From: Antedon mediterranea
Lineage: Eukaryota > Animalia > Echinodermata
Assembly: GCF_964355755.1 (NCBI RefSeq)
Contig: NC_092672.1
Span: 26,108,437 to 26,172,436, forward strand
Direction of reading: 5' to 3'
DNA: 64,000 nucleotides
How positions within the stretch are numbered: the first letter of the stretch is position 1; every line of letters starts with the position of its first letter. Under the pieces are notes generated by a model, which was not told the origin of the DNA, ran no database searches, and saw only the letters and a program-made list of their open reading frames with translations. Position numbers and translations under genes: made by a program. Positions 14,501-26,702 of this stretch are shown here, in pieces.

Positions 14501-16204
14501 ATTCTTAGAAATAGATTTAAGTAGTAATTGTATAATTTTACAAATCAAGATAACATTTTTTCTTGTAGTTGCAAGTTACACCAAAACATTTTTACAACAA
14601 GTTGAGAGCTTTCCTCTGATTGATGTTAGCTTCAGTAATCCTTCATTGTATGATGCAATAACAGAAGTACAAGACATAAAGGTGACTTACCCTGATACCC
14701 TCCTCAATAACTGCCAATTCTATGCACATTTTGAGCTTGCAAGCGTAGTTTTCAGCAACCTATTCCAACAAAAAGTGCTTCTTTGAGAAAACTACTGTAT
14801 AGTGTTATGTCAAAAATACTATATATGAATTCTTAAGAGAAAAGGTCATGTAGGTGCAGTCCAGACTCAACCAAATTCTTTACCATTTAAGGTGAGGAAG
14901 TATGGGTAGAGTGGGATATCTACTTCTTACTTTTGTTGCTCTCTTTTAACTACCATAATAATACAACATAGTTTTATATAGTTAATTTGTTAATATGTAT
15001 TTTGATTACATTTTATTGGAAAATATGTCAGATGATTCTCATAAGCTTGTTTCACACTAGGTGCGACACAGCAAATTTAACATCAACTCTTCCGCATGTG
15101 GTTAGCTTCCAACTGACTATTCCAGGCAGAGCTTACGAATGACACAAAATCATTTGCTCCGTTGCTGCAGTTCAAATTTAAAAACAACTGCACTCAAATG
15201 ATGAATGTCGCGATGAACTTCCATTGTGTGTGCTGATTTTTTCGTCGCGTTGGTGTGAACCCAATCTTAATAAAATATTAATGTCTATTTTCAGGTGTTG
15301 AGAAATCAACTGAAATACCTGAAAGCTTACCTCTTTACATGCAAGCAGTCAACTGCTGAAGAGCTTAAAAAGAAGGTGTGGCCAAGAGAGTATATGTTAG
15401 ACCACGCCCATCTTTATTCTGTACAGGTAATTTTAAAGTGATCCTTAAATACATGAATCAAATTATAAATAAAAGATTTTTATTTAGGGGCTGATAGGGA
15501 TCATGACAGAAAAAGCTGTGTGAACCATCTTACCAAAATGGTTTTCCAGAGTAAACAACATTTTAGGGCAAGCCCAAAAAGTTATTTGGTTTTGGAAGAC
15601 TGTTAGCAATTATTTATTTAATATTTTCAGGATTTTCATCAAGTACAATCAGGCCAATTGGCTAAAGATCTTAAGAGGGTTATTAACTGGGCAGCTAAGC
15701 ATGTGTATAACTGCATTCTGTGTGGTCAAAAGGGCTTTATGTGTGAACTATGTGATAGCCCAAAGGTCATCTATCCATTTGATGTTGAACTCACTACAAG
15801 GGTAAGGAATTTTACAAAATAAATGTTATAAAATGGAACAGCTCATTATAGCTCTTGATTGATTGATTGCAGCAGAAAAGTTTGACAGAAACTAATACTA
15901 AACGCTAAAGACTGAATCGTAGTATCTGTCTGTCAATTAAATCTTTCACTTTCGCAGATTGTCTTATTTTAATTGGTCACACATTAATAATAGTCTACTT
16001 AATGATTGTGGTATGTTTGTAAATTAGACGCTTTATTGCAATGTTTTCTGTTTCATTTTCAAGTGTGAAATTTGCAAGACTGTTTATCACAAAGCCTGTA
16101 GACAAGAACACCAGCCATGCTCAAAATGTACTAGAATAAAACAAAGACGAAGCCAGCTAAGGAATCCTGGGGAACCAGTTGATTTTGCTTCACCCTGGAG
16201 TTGA
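8600..16204 (+). CDS. PLEKHM1: PLEKHM1/PLEKHM3-family protein, 3' exons: acidic region plus Rubicon-homology (RH, zf-RING_9) domain; 5' exons lie upstream of the window
   Basis: GT-AG exons in continuous frame: 8600-9406, 10047(or 10050)-10168, 11171-11257, 13149-13251, 14213-14335, 14569-14681, 15295-15426, 15631-15801, 16064-16204 (TGA). The translation contains EKGLDAQNYQCKGC..IGIIYGKAKVCSYDGCYYCNECH..IPAKVLHNWDF..LKAYLFTC..WPREY..HLYS..HVYNCILCGQKGFMCELC..IYPF..CEICKTVYHKAC..PCSKC, matching the PLEKHM1/3 RH domain. The symbol is family-level (invertebrate PLEKHM1/3). Confidence 0.9.
12668..12972. repeat. 17-bp minisatellite (agttgaa[t/c]aagc[t/g][t/c]ccc), intronic
   Basis: About 18 degenerate tandem copies read directly; this explains the repetitive ORF at 12636-12950. 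Confidence 0.9.
13290..13518. mobile_element. Small MITE-like element with inverted ends
   Basis: ttcggacgatgaacaatttacacgtgtaa at the left versus ttacacgtgtaaatttgttccgtccgaa at the right. Confidence 0.5.
15044..15266. mobile_element. Decayed Harbinger-type MITE
   Basis: Imperfect TIR gcttgtttcacactaggtgcgac ... gtcgcgttggtgtgaacccaa. Confidence 0.45.
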
Positions 16205-16967
16205 TGATAAAACTATGAATCACACTAGAAATGATGAAATCAGACTGTAATAAATTGTGGAATAACCCAATATCTATAACAAAAATGATATTAAATTTTA
16301 ATAATAGTGAATGTTTTATTATGGAATAAAATTGTATATATTTATATAATATAAGAATTATTAGTAATATTTAAATTTATTTTGCAGAAACATTCTTTTA
16401 TTAATAATCCATTTTGTAAAAAAAATAATAATTATTGTAAAATAACAGCACTATGAAATTCGATTCGTACATATATGCTGTCACTGGCCTTTTTTCTGAA
16501 GTTAGATTTTGTTATATTGCATTACAATAAATACGTCCAATTCAAGAATATGCAAGATTTCTACTACTTTCTATTTGGAATTCTATAAAATAAAATAATA
16601 ATAATTTAGCATACTGTTACTGCGTTGTAATGTTGGAATTCTGAACTGATTAGATTCTATGTTGTGGCGGAATGTTACTGATATAGACCATGAATGGTTT
16701 CATGGTCTTGTATTATATCATATATCATTTATTTCAGCAAAGATATAACAACACAAACAAACAGAAATTTAAATCAATCAGGCAGGATCACCTAAATGTT
16801 ATATAAAAAATAACAGTCTAGATGCTCTCCACAAATAAATACATACAAAGAATTACATATCTTTAACAATTTAAAAAGGATAAAATTGCATGAAAAAGTA
16901 TATTCTTAAATACTACGTTTAAAATCAATTAGAAACTGTCGTGGCCACAGTATGTGATATCGTGATG

Positions 16968-17585
16968 ATGTCGTGGTGAAATTCTACTGATGTATGTAGA
17001 TATCGTGACGGAATTCTACTGATGTAGTTGTCGTTGCGGACATCTACTGATGTAGATACCGTTTCGTCGTGTCGGGATTCTACTAATGTAGATACCGTGT
17101 TGTGGCGGAATTCTACCGATGTAGATACCGTTTTGTGTTGGGATTCTAACTAATGTTGATACCGTGTTTCGTGGCGGAATTCTACTCATTTAGATACCCC
17201 GTGTCGTGGCGGAATTCTACTGATGTGGATACACGTGTCGTGGTGGAATTCTATTGATGTAGATGCCGTGTCGTGGCGGAATTCTACTGATGTAGATACC
17301 GTGTCGTGGTGTAATTTTACTGATGTATATACCGTGCTGTGGCGTAATTCAACCGATGTAGAACGATGTTGTGATAGAATTCTACCGATGTATATACCGC
17401 GTCGTGGCGGAATTCTACATATGTAGATACCGTGTCGTGGCGGATTTCTACTGTGTAGTTACCGTGTCGTTGCGGGATTCTACTGATGTAGATTCGATGT
17501 CGGCAAATTTCATACTATTCATGTAGATAGTGCCGTTGCGGAAATCTACTTATGTAGATACTATGCCGGTGTCATGGCGGATTTC
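16968..17585. repeat. 33-bp minisatellite (gtgtcgtggcggaattctactgatgtagatacc)
   Basis: About 17-18 degenerate tandem copies, each with a tctac-tgat-gtaga hairpin; intergenic, ~340 bp upstream of the beta-lactamase-domain gene ATG. Confidence 0.9.
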
Positions 17586-17923
17586 ACACTTAATTCATGG
17601 AAGAAATAGTTATTTCATCCATGCTTAATTTAACTGTGCGTGGCGATATTCTACATATATTATATTAAAGATTGTTATGAATTATTGAACAAACAATTCG
17701 AATACTACCAGTCACTTAAACTACATAAAAGATTATTACTTATTAGGCAATATTAGTTAAACACCAATATTTACTTGATTCGATAACCCTTAACTTAACC
17801 ATTGTGTCTGCAATGCATGTCTCATGGTGGTATAAAGGTCGTCTTAAATCAATCTAATCATTTGGGCCTTTTACATAGACTATTATTTTAGAACAGAATA
17901 ATAATAAAAAGAGTGTAATCAGC

Positions 17924-20900
17924 ATGGATATACGTACAAGTGCAATATTTATTGTACTGTTAGCGTTTTTATTCTACTATGGACCCAAGTTTTCCAAGGA
18001 ATTACCCGTGGTAGTGGATGGATATACTGCACCTGGGTTCGAATCGTTGCTGGAAGTTATGAGGTAAGGCTAAAAAAAACATTTTTCTCCACTGATGATT
18101 TAGAGTTGATATGAAGAGATGAAGGATGAAAAGGTCATGAACAAATGATGATGAGATTGAATGAGGTTGATTAATATGGGGAGAAGAAATTTATGTCAAA
18201 CATACAGATGAAAGAAACCAAAATCCGTCTATGACAATGATAATATTGAGAAAAGTCAATTGTGGATATTTCGTAGAGTGAGACTACGACAAAATTGAAA
18301 GACGGTAATTGATTACGACGTGATAAGATGGCAACGAATAAATGTGACCATGCCATTTCAAGAAAAACATTTTTTTTTTGTTAAACAGAGATAACTTTGT
18401 GTCTGGTCCTGAACCAAAGGACAGTGGTTCAGCTTTTGCTGCGTACTATAAAGGAGTCAAAGTGGCACATCTCTGGGGTGGGTATGCAGACTCCGAGTCA
18501 AGGTCAGTATGGAAGGAAGACACAATGACAGCAGCATACTCTTGCACCAAAGGTATTGCCGCAATAAGCGTAGCATACCTTGTGGATAAAGGGTTGCTTG
18601 ACTACAATGTAAAGGTTGCCAAGTACTGGCCGGAGTTTGGCAAAAGTGGAAAAGAAAATATAACAGTGGAGATTCTACTCAGTCACCAGGTAAATATTAT
18701 TTATTTTTATTAATAAAATAAACAGTATGTTGATTTTAAGAAAGATAGTGAGCATCTTGTATTTTTTACAGGCTGGAATTCCATTTACTCCAGACGTGAT
18801 GACGTATAATTTATTTCGGGACCATGATGCTTTGGGAGAAGCTTTAGCTGCTACAACACCTTTATGGCAACCCGGTACTCATGGCTACCACGCGCTAACC
18901 ATGGGATCTTATTGTAGTCAACTCATTAAAAGAGTTGATCCTAAGAATAGGACACTTGGTAGATTCTTTGCGGAAGAAATAGCTATTCCATTTGGTAAGT
19001 GTGGTCTTTCGACAAAACTTGTAGCAACCTGTCCATTGTGGGATCATTGTATGTAATTATATCATTCGATGATACCATAGTACAGTAGTTGTTAATATAT
19101 TGCGGTTCGTTTGAAAGAGAACTTTGGCAAAAATGTTTATTTTATGCGGAATTTAAATTTATTGTTTTTGATGAGCTGAGTGTTATTGATTACAGAGAGA
19201 TTATGATCGATAAACGTTGACGACCCCGACTTCTTCTTCCTTCTACTTTTCCGCATAGTGTATTTCTCCTTTCCTGATTGTATATCCGAGATATTTTATT
19301 TGTCGTCTCCTAATCTCTTTTAGCACACTCCATTGGTAATTGCATGTGTGGAAAATCTCTACACTTGCGCTACAATTACAAGCAATATTTCTTTAATTCA
19401 TGTTTGTTAAAACGGACAAAGTTATTCATTATGAAAGTACACATTTTTCATCATAAAATAAACGTCTTCTTTCTTTTCAATAGTTTTGGTACTGATGCTG
19501 ATAAAAGCAATGTAGCAACCAATTACTTTAAAGAGTGTCTATTATTATGTCTTTACGCAGATTGTAAACATTGATCTCTAAGAGATACGCTGTGTTTCAT
19601 GATTTTATTATTACTTGATGATTTTATTAAGAAATGCTTTAATTGCTTGCAGATATTGACTTTCACATAGGACTTCCTTTGAAGGAAAACTATCGAGTAG
19701 CCAGACTTTCATTCTTATCTAACAACAATGCTCTGCGAGTATTAAAAGGGATTACGAAAGAAAAAAATCGTAGGATTGCTTACGCATATATGCAACCTGG
19801 CAGTCTTGTGAATAAATTACTCGTCAATGCCGGTGAAGTTGGAGAGGTAACAAGCACGTTAATCGTTGTATTACTAGATTAACTTGACACTATCCCCGTT
19901 AAACACTTAAATGCAATGTCCTCCATATCACCAAAAATACACAATGGATTATAACAGGTACAGGGCTGACATTTTAACAATATTTTGCTTGAAAGGACCT
20001 TTAAGTCAAGATATAGTACTTTCCAAATGAACAAACTCCGTCATAAGAATTTTTTTTTTACGGAAACAATATTCGTTATTTTGACAATAAACGTAAGCAA
20101 AATCAGTGACCTTAAGTAAAATCATAAACAGCATTGACTTTAAGCTGAGAGGATCAGTTTATAAGAATTACCTGTCGTTTCAATCATTCGGTTTGAAAAG
20201 CTGTATGGGCAAAACATATAAACATTATAAAATGAATATAATTAATGTTTTCTTTCTGTTACAGTTATGGCATTATAATGACCCGTATGTACGATCTATA
20301 GAAATTCCATCAGCGCTAGGAATTGGTACTGCGGAATCTTTAGCTAAAATCTACGGTATACTTGCTAACGGTGGAAGCTTCAACGGTAAAACTCTACTGT
20401 CGCCAGGGTTGATTGAGAAGTTAAATTCTGTTGTTGTGCCAGGTGTTGATGCAATATTCAATTACCCGTCTCTTATAGGTTTGGGAACCATGATTACACA
20501 ACTAAATGTAGGTATATTTCTAAAATATTTACCACTTTTTATAACAAACAAAAAATGTATTATTTTTTATAATTTAAATTTGTTGTGGACTCGTCTCAAT
20601 CTTTTTCTTTTATTACAAAATATTATCCCGGATAATATTATCCCGGATATTAGCCTATCCCGGATATTAGCCCGAATATTATCACGAAATTTAGAGAGTC
20701 TGGTCTTAGTTCTTTAGTTTAAGTTTTATATTCATCATTTCCAGTTATTACATGATTTATTTTGTTTCTTTCTACCACAGGAAACGAATACTTTCGGACA
20801 TCCAGGTAACGGAGGTCAGATGTCAGCTGCTGATCCCAAGATGCGCCTTGGATACGCTTTTCTATCCCGTCATTCGTCATCCTATGGTTCTGGAAACGAC

Positions 20901-20963
20901 CCTCGATACCTAGTACTGCGTGACGAACTTTACAACTGTGTCAGAAAACTGAACAAGAATTAA
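17924..20963 (+). CDS. Beta-lactamase domain-containing serine hydrolase (metazoan lact-2-like / family VIII esterase-like) with an N-terminal signal/anchor
   Basis: Exons 17924-18063, 18389-18689, 18772-18994, 19653-19846, 20265-20507 and 20781-20963 (TAA) join in frame. Hydrophobic N-terminus MDIRTSAIFIVLLAFLFYY. Motifs: VAHLWGG, catalytic SxxK (YSCTKG), VAKYWPEF, LLSHQAG, PGTHGYHA, EIPSALGIGTA, FGHPGNGG. Confidence 0.9.
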
Positions 20964-22222
20964 ATAATATACAGGTTATAGGCCTGTGTTATTTTGGAGA
21001 GGGCTTCTCATAGCATTATGAGTTGTTATGCCTAATGATAATTAAATATATTAATACTTAATTAATTAATACTTTCCATACATATATCTTGTAAAGCGCG
21101 GCAAAACCACAACAAATTCCAGTTTCCAAACATGGTTATAAGCTTAATATTTATGATAATCATGATAAGAAATATGATTCCAAACTCATAACACTATCAA
21201 AATAATGTACAGTAGGCCTATTGCTTATAATATGGCTGTATTTAAAGAAGGGTTTGTTTTTCATATTTAATAATAATGATAATAATAAATTGTCTGTTTT
21301 GTATCTTTGGGTTAAAGTACTGTTCACCAGCCATTGGAATTACTAGAATATTAAATACAAAATATTGAGTAAATGCGTATTGGAGCTGTAGCTTGGTTAT
21401 AATTTACTTGCAATCACACGGTCCAGGTTACAATCCTGATCTACTGCGAGGGTATAATTCGAAGACTGTTTCTATAGTTATCTAAACCTCAGACGAGACG
21501 ATTAGTGATATGTATAGGCCTAAGATACATTATAGTTTATCCATCCTGTATTGGCGAGTTTTGTTTAGCTATTGGATGGGTATATATAAACAACACATGT
21601 TTAGTAATAGGCCTAATCAGCAAAATAACACACGTCCAAAAGGGTTAACTTAAATCTCAGTACCAAAGTACTAAAGTATTAATTTGTTTGCTTTAGCATC
21701 GCTAAGTATCAATACAATAAAAACAATAAAAATGTCTTCTTGTCTCATGATGCATATCATTTTTATGATTAAATATCTCGATGTTTTCCACATTACTGGT
21801 ACTGGTACTGGTTCAAATAACCGTCTCAAAGAGACATCTGGTAGATTGACTTAAAGTTGGCATTTGTATGTGTTACTTTTAAATGTACAGTATGAGAGTG
21901 ACTACTACCAAATTGCACAGTCACAAAACAACTTATAAAACAGTTCATATATACAGTTAAAACATTGCTGGGAATTATAAATTTCTGTTGAAGCAGGCTC
22001 CAATGAAGTTGCATCTAGTAAGTTGATTTTGTTGTACAACTCTATCAAGTACTGATGGTATCTTCCGACCTCTTCGTTTACTTTGTGTTGTGTGAAAAGT
22101 AAGAATTTTTGTAGGATCTTCATTTTCTTTTCAAATTACATGTCCGATCCAGTTGAATTGTTGCTTGTAGACATATTCTTCTAGCGGTTGACAGCCAGTA
22201 ATTTTGTAGAGATCGTCATTAT

Positions 22223-22648
22223 TGTAAAGAAGACCCGTGTCACACGTTAACGTTTCCAAACAACTTTAATTCAACAATGATCAGATGTTCGAAATCTGCA
22301 ACAATAACAAATTACATAAACACAAGCATCTAAAGGCTAAGCCTAAAACAAAGCTAGGCCTACTAGGCCTACACCACTGTAAAGCTACCAAAAGCAAACT
22401 AGACAAAAAACTCCTTAGAGCTACAGTATATAATAATATCAAAGTGCTATACAGTGAATGCACTACTCAAAGAACTTACACTATTACGTCTACATTAAGG
22501 TTGTATTTCACGGGAATTCTCTTAAGATGTGCGTATCAATCACCAATTCAAAGATTCACGTGGTCAACATGACCTCTGACCAACTCTTATTATCTAGAAC
22601 TAGAGAGGGCGCTAAACCATTAAACAAGATATAAAGTCAAACTTTACA
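22223..22648 (-). repeat. 3' LTR of BEL/Pao element
   Basis: TG...CA ends; direct repeat of 26703-27128. Confidence 0.95.
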
Positions 22649-22667
22649 TTCCGCCCCACGAAACAAA

Positions 22668-25600
22668 CTATTCATCAATGTCGTCTACTGCCACTAGAAC
22701 GATCAATCGTTGCACTGCACGAGTTACAGTCTGCTTCGCATTTCTATCTTCATTTCTTAATTCAACTTGCACCGTTCTCACTTTTCCGTTTATGTCTGGA
22801 TACACACTGGAACCCAATCCCATCCTCCATTTCCCACGGGCGGTGTTGCTATCCTGCACCAACACGACATCTCCGATCTGCATATTTCTCTTCTCATGAT
22901 GCCATTTTTGTCTAACTATTAATGATGGGAAGTAATCTCTATTCCATTTAACCCAGAAAGACTTTATTAAGCTTTGTACAAATTCGATACGGTTTCTAGG
23001 GTTATTGGTAGCTCTCCATGGTCCACTCGGTACTCTGGTTGTAGCACGTCCCAATAAAATCGTATTTGGACCTAAGTATGCCCCATCTTCGGGATCGGTT
23101 GGATGTCTCCCAATTGGCCTTTTGTTAACCAAGTTGGCTACCTCAAATAGCACGGTTTGTAATTCGTTAAATGGAAGAACTTGTCCACCAATGGCATGAT
23201 GTATACCTTTCTTTATACCTTTGATCAGTATCTCTGTTACTCCATTTTGCCAGGGAGAATCCGCGGCTGAAAACTTCCAAGTAGTACCTTTGGTGATGCC
23301 GAAATCATGAAGATCACTCTCCTGCCCTCCGTCAATTACCCCTTTTAACTCCTTCGAAGCAGAAACTAATTGATTGTATATCTCAGTGGGGTATCCTCTT
23401 ATGGACACAAATCTACGAAATGCTTGTAGAAATCCAGTTGTGCTGTAGTCCGTGGCGAGGTCTAGATATACGGCTTGAGTAACCAAACAGGTGAATATGA
23501 TTCCATAAGCTTTTCCTCTTGCTCTCTTGTTTACTTCGCCACGAGTTATAAATGGACCAAACAAGTCAACACCGATGAATGACCATGGTGGAGAAGGCTT
23601 CAATCGCTCAATAGGTAATTGCCCCATCTGTTGTCCGGACATGTCTTTCTCTCTCTTCCTACAAGGAACACAATGGTGTCTGACGCTTTTGGCTAATCTC
23701 TGTAAATTCAGAATCCAATACCTCAAACGAACAAGGGATACGGTAGACTGTACACCACAATGACTCCTATTATGTGCATGTGTAACATATAGTTTCGAAA
23801 ATCGATGGTTTGCTGTCAATAGCGGTACTTCTTGGTTGTTGTAGCTAAAGTTAATATGCCTCTGCGCACGAGCTCCTACTACAATCGCACCATCATCTTG
23901 TACTCTAGGTGATAGCTTAGCATACTGGTCATCGAATCGTTTTTCATTGTTTATGAGCATGTCCATTATTGGTTTTTGGCACTCGATAATCCACAAGAGT
24001 TCGGCTTCATTGATGTCATTTGCTGTTAGAACATTTAAAGCGCCGGCAATTTTTTTCATTTTATACATGTTTTTCATTTTCGTGTTGTATGCAGCAGCCT
24101 TCTCTGGATCCTTTTTTAACCTATTCTCAAGAGATTTTAGAGCGAAAAGTGCGGCGTTTCGATTATTTGGCAATTCAGCTGGGTCTTTAATCCAGGGATA
24201 TTCTGCAATCCAATGAGAACCACAAAATTTGAGATTTTTCTCGATCAACGCCAATTCCCTTTCTTCCTTCAGTGTGTATTCCTTTGCGCCAACGGGACAT
24301 CTCCCACAACGACAGCTACCACATTGAGGGTTGCACTGAACACCCATTCCTGCCATCTTAATAAATGAATCCAAACTGCAAGTTGTAACATGATGTATTA
24401 ATGCTGCAGTCTTTACAAGCGTTGTTGTATTTTCTTTTAGGGTTGGATGTGAACCGCCCAAGCATTTTCCAAATCGGTTTTCGAGCAAAAGTAGATGTTC
24501 CGCAGCTTCCATTCTTATTGGGTGATAACCTGCGTACTCGTATCCTACAAGCAAGTCAACTTGGCCAGTTGGTCGCTTGATCTCTTCAAATCGGACTTTA
24601 CTGAATAGTCCCACTACATGCTGCACTGCTATGCATTCTATATTTGACGTAATCTGGTCAATACCGTATGCAGATATGTTGATCACGGATCCCTGTTTGT
24701 CGATTAGAGGTACAATATAATGGAAACTGTCTATTTCCTCCGTTAGTCCTCCAATCTTCGTAATGGCAATTTTCACAGGCTGACCCTTAAGCTTGGCTGC
24801 CCTTGCCGATTTGTTTGTTACGAGAGATGCCGTTGCACAGCCATCAAACAAGACATTCATATGCCCAGCTCCCACCTTTATGCTCATCAACTGCAAAAGG
24901 CAGGCTCCAGTTTGTTTAGAAGTGGCGACCCCCGTGTGGTGATTTAATGTTGTTTTGGGTTGACTATTGTCTCCAACAGTATCGTCATGTAGGCTTGAGT
25001 GGTGTAAGCGTGAACATTCAGATACACCACATTGTCGTTTGTTTTTGCATTCAGCTATACGATGCCCTCTTACTAGGCAGCCAAAACATGCACCCTTGGC
25101 CCTAACAAGTTGTGTTTTGTCAGATAGGTTCATTGCAATGTAAGCCCGGCATTCAGGCGTGGTATGCTGGCCCATGTCATGGACTAAGCAGTTCTTGTTG
25201 TTTTCAGATTTGGGTGCGTCGTTTCTCTCTTCAATGTTTGTGGTGTTAATGGTAAAGCGCGAAGACGGCTTCGATCTCACTCCCGACACTTCGTATTCTA
25301 CACTTTTCTTTTCCCTCACTAAAAATTTAAGAAGGGCAGGAAATCTGTCAGTTCTATCAATTACTGCTTTTTCATCATATAATGACCTTGACCATTCTCT
25401 TCGAATAGCAGGTGGCAATCTCCTCTCAATGTCACTAACCACTCTGGTGTTGGACATTTCCTTCTCCATTCCTAATTTCCGTAGGTCATTATGACCTCTC
25501 TCGATGATGTCGACAAACTCAACAAATCTTTTGTCGTCTCCGTCTTTGAGTGAGTCGATACTTTCAAAGTCATGCATAACGGCATCTGCTAATTTTATTG

Positions 25601-26498
25601 GGTCGCCATACCGCTCATCCAATCGCTTCCATATTTCGTTGATATCATCATCTACGGCGCCTACAACTTGTAGAGGTTTTTCTCCAAGAGATTTCCGCAA
25701 AACAAATGCTGCTTGATCCCTTGTGGTCTCAGGCAAAATGAATTTTAGAAAGTCTGTTTTGAATCTAGGGTAGGCCCTTACATCTCCGTCAAAGGTTGGC
25801 AATCGCATTTTTTCCAATTGTATACCGCCTTTTCTCTTTTCATCTACTGTCTTCTGAGTTTTGCTTTTGTCGAGGTGCTCCAAAATTATAGCAACAGCAC
25901 TACTGGTCTCGCCGTACTTATCACGTACTGACTGGAGCCACAGATTTTCATTTATTGCCTCTTCATTAGGAAGCATGGAAACGTATTGCATATGTGCAGT
26001 TTTTACGTCTTCCATCAATTTTACAAGGTCAGCCCTTGCAGCTTTAACACCCTCAACAGAATTCTTGTTAATCAATTGGATTATCTGATCGCAAAGTTGT
26101 TGAAAATCATCATGTTGTATGCTACGAACGTTTTTCGCTCTCATTGCTGATATTTGGACTTCTTCCTCCTGCAGATGCCTTCTGTCAATTGCCTCGGAAT
26201 CTATGTGCTGTTCATTAATGCGTGTTTTGTGTCTAAGTATCATTTCTCTTACTTCATCATATGTCTTCTCTAGTTGGCCAATCCAATTCTCATTCTCCTC
26301 TTCGTCCTTTGCAGACTGTAAAACTACTGATTCATGTTGATCGTTTACTGATTTCCAGGCTTCCTTCAAGTCAGCATTCAGCATATGTACATATTCTATT
26401 GTTTTATTCTGGTCAATTGCGGCGACGATAGAATTACAAATTCTTGTAAAACGTCCCTTGGCAATACGTCTCAATTTCTTATAATCGGGGTCAGCCAT
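22668..26498 (-). CDS. BEL/Pao Gag-protease-integrase polyprotein (1276 aa) lacking RT and RNase H
   Basis: DUF1759-type gag (LPTFDGD..YPRF), three Zn knuckles (CLVH..H..EC, CFGC..GH..EC, CGV.EC...HH..LH), protease LFDGCA, CGSCRCGRC, YPW..P..LPNN, then directly DINEAELLWI, HHCC zinc finger, integrase VDLFGP / WQNGVTE and a C-terminal GDVVLV..RGKW region. No YxDD RT region is present. Confidence 0.9.
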   Translation of the reverse strand: MADPDYKKLRRIAKGRFTRICNSIVAAIDQNKTIEYVHMLNADLKEAWKSVNDQHESVVLQSAKDEEENENWIGQLEKTYDEVREMILRHKTRINEQHIDSEAIDRRHLQEEEVQISAMRAKNVRSIQHDDFQQLCDQIIQLINKNSVEGVKAARADLVKLMEDVKTAHMQYVSMLPNEEAINENLWLQSVRDKYGETSSAVAIILEHLDKSKTQKTVDEKRKGGIQLEKMRLPTFDGDVRAYPRFKTDFLKFILPETTRDQAAFVLRKSLGEKPLQVVGAVDDDINEIWKRLDERYGDPIKLADAVMHDFESIDSLKDGDDKRFVEFVDIIERGHNDLRKLGMEKEMSNTRVVSDIERRLPPAIRREWSRSLYDEKAVIDRTDRFPALLKFLVREKKSVEYEVSGVRSKPSSRFTINTTNIEERNDAPKSENNKNCLVHDMGQHTTPECRAYIAMNLSDKTQLVRAKGACFGCLVRGHRIAECKNKRQCGVSECSRLHHSSLHDDTVGDNSQPKTTLNHHTGVATSKQTGACLLQLMSIKVGAGHMNVLFDGCATASLVTNKSARAAKLKGQPVKIAITKIGGLTEEIDSFHYIVPLIDKQGSVINISAYGIDQITSNIECIAVQHVVGLFSKVRFEEIKRPTGQVDLLVGYEYAGYHPIRMEAAEHLLLLENRFGKCLGGSHPTLKENTTTLVKTAALIHHVTTCSLDSFIKMAGMGVQCNPQCGSCRCGRCPVGAKEYTLKEERELALIEKNLKFCGSHWIAEYPWIKDPAELPNNRNAALFALKSLENRLKKDPEKAAAYNTKMKNMYKMKKIAGALNVLTANDINEAELLWIIECQKPIMDMLINNEKRFDDQYAKLSPRVQDDGAIVVGARAQRHINFSYNNQEVPLLTANHRFSKLYVTHAHNRSHCGVQSTVSLVRLRYWILNLQRLAKSVRHHCVPCRKREKDMSGQQMGQLPIERLKPSPPWSFIGVDLFGPFITRGEVNKRARGKAYGIIFTCLVTQAVYLDLATDYSTTGFLQAFRRFVSIRGYPTEIYNQLVSASKELKGVIDGGQESDLHDFGITKGTTWKFSAADSPWQNGVTEILIKGIKKGIHHAIGGQVLPFNELQTVLFEVANLVNKRPIGRHPTDPEDGAYLGPNTILLGRATTRVPSGPWRATNNPRNRIEFVQSLIKSFWVKWNRDYFPSLIVRQKWHHEKRNMQIGDVVLVQDSNTARGKWRMGLGSSVYPDINGKVRTVQVELRNEDRNAKQTVTRAVQRLIVLVAVDDIDE

Positions 26499-26702
26499 GT
26501 TTTATAGAATAAAATTAAAGTTGGTGATTCAAGTGAATACAGTTCTGTGTATACAGTAATACAAGGATGTAGCTCCTGGCGCAGTCAAATATTGGTATCA
26601 CACCGAAAGAACGGTAACTTGAGTGCGTGATGAGCAGGTTCATAAACAGGTCAGCAGAGTGCTGTCACTTCTCACTGTGCACGTAGAACACAGTATTTCG
26701 AA

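Noticed and set aside
16968-17585. Type V (Cas12a) CRISPR array
   Set aside because: Intervening sequences are short (~15 nt) and conserved, the repeats are degenerate and there are no cas genes; it is a minisatellite.
17924-20963. Bacterial contamination or recent HGT of an antibiotic-resistance gene
   Set aside because: Five spliceosomal introns and host-like composition; a known metazoan family.
21385-21520. Additional tRNA-SINE heads (also ~40140-40200 and ~41280-41380)
   Set aside because: The A/B boxes are too degenerate to call by eye.
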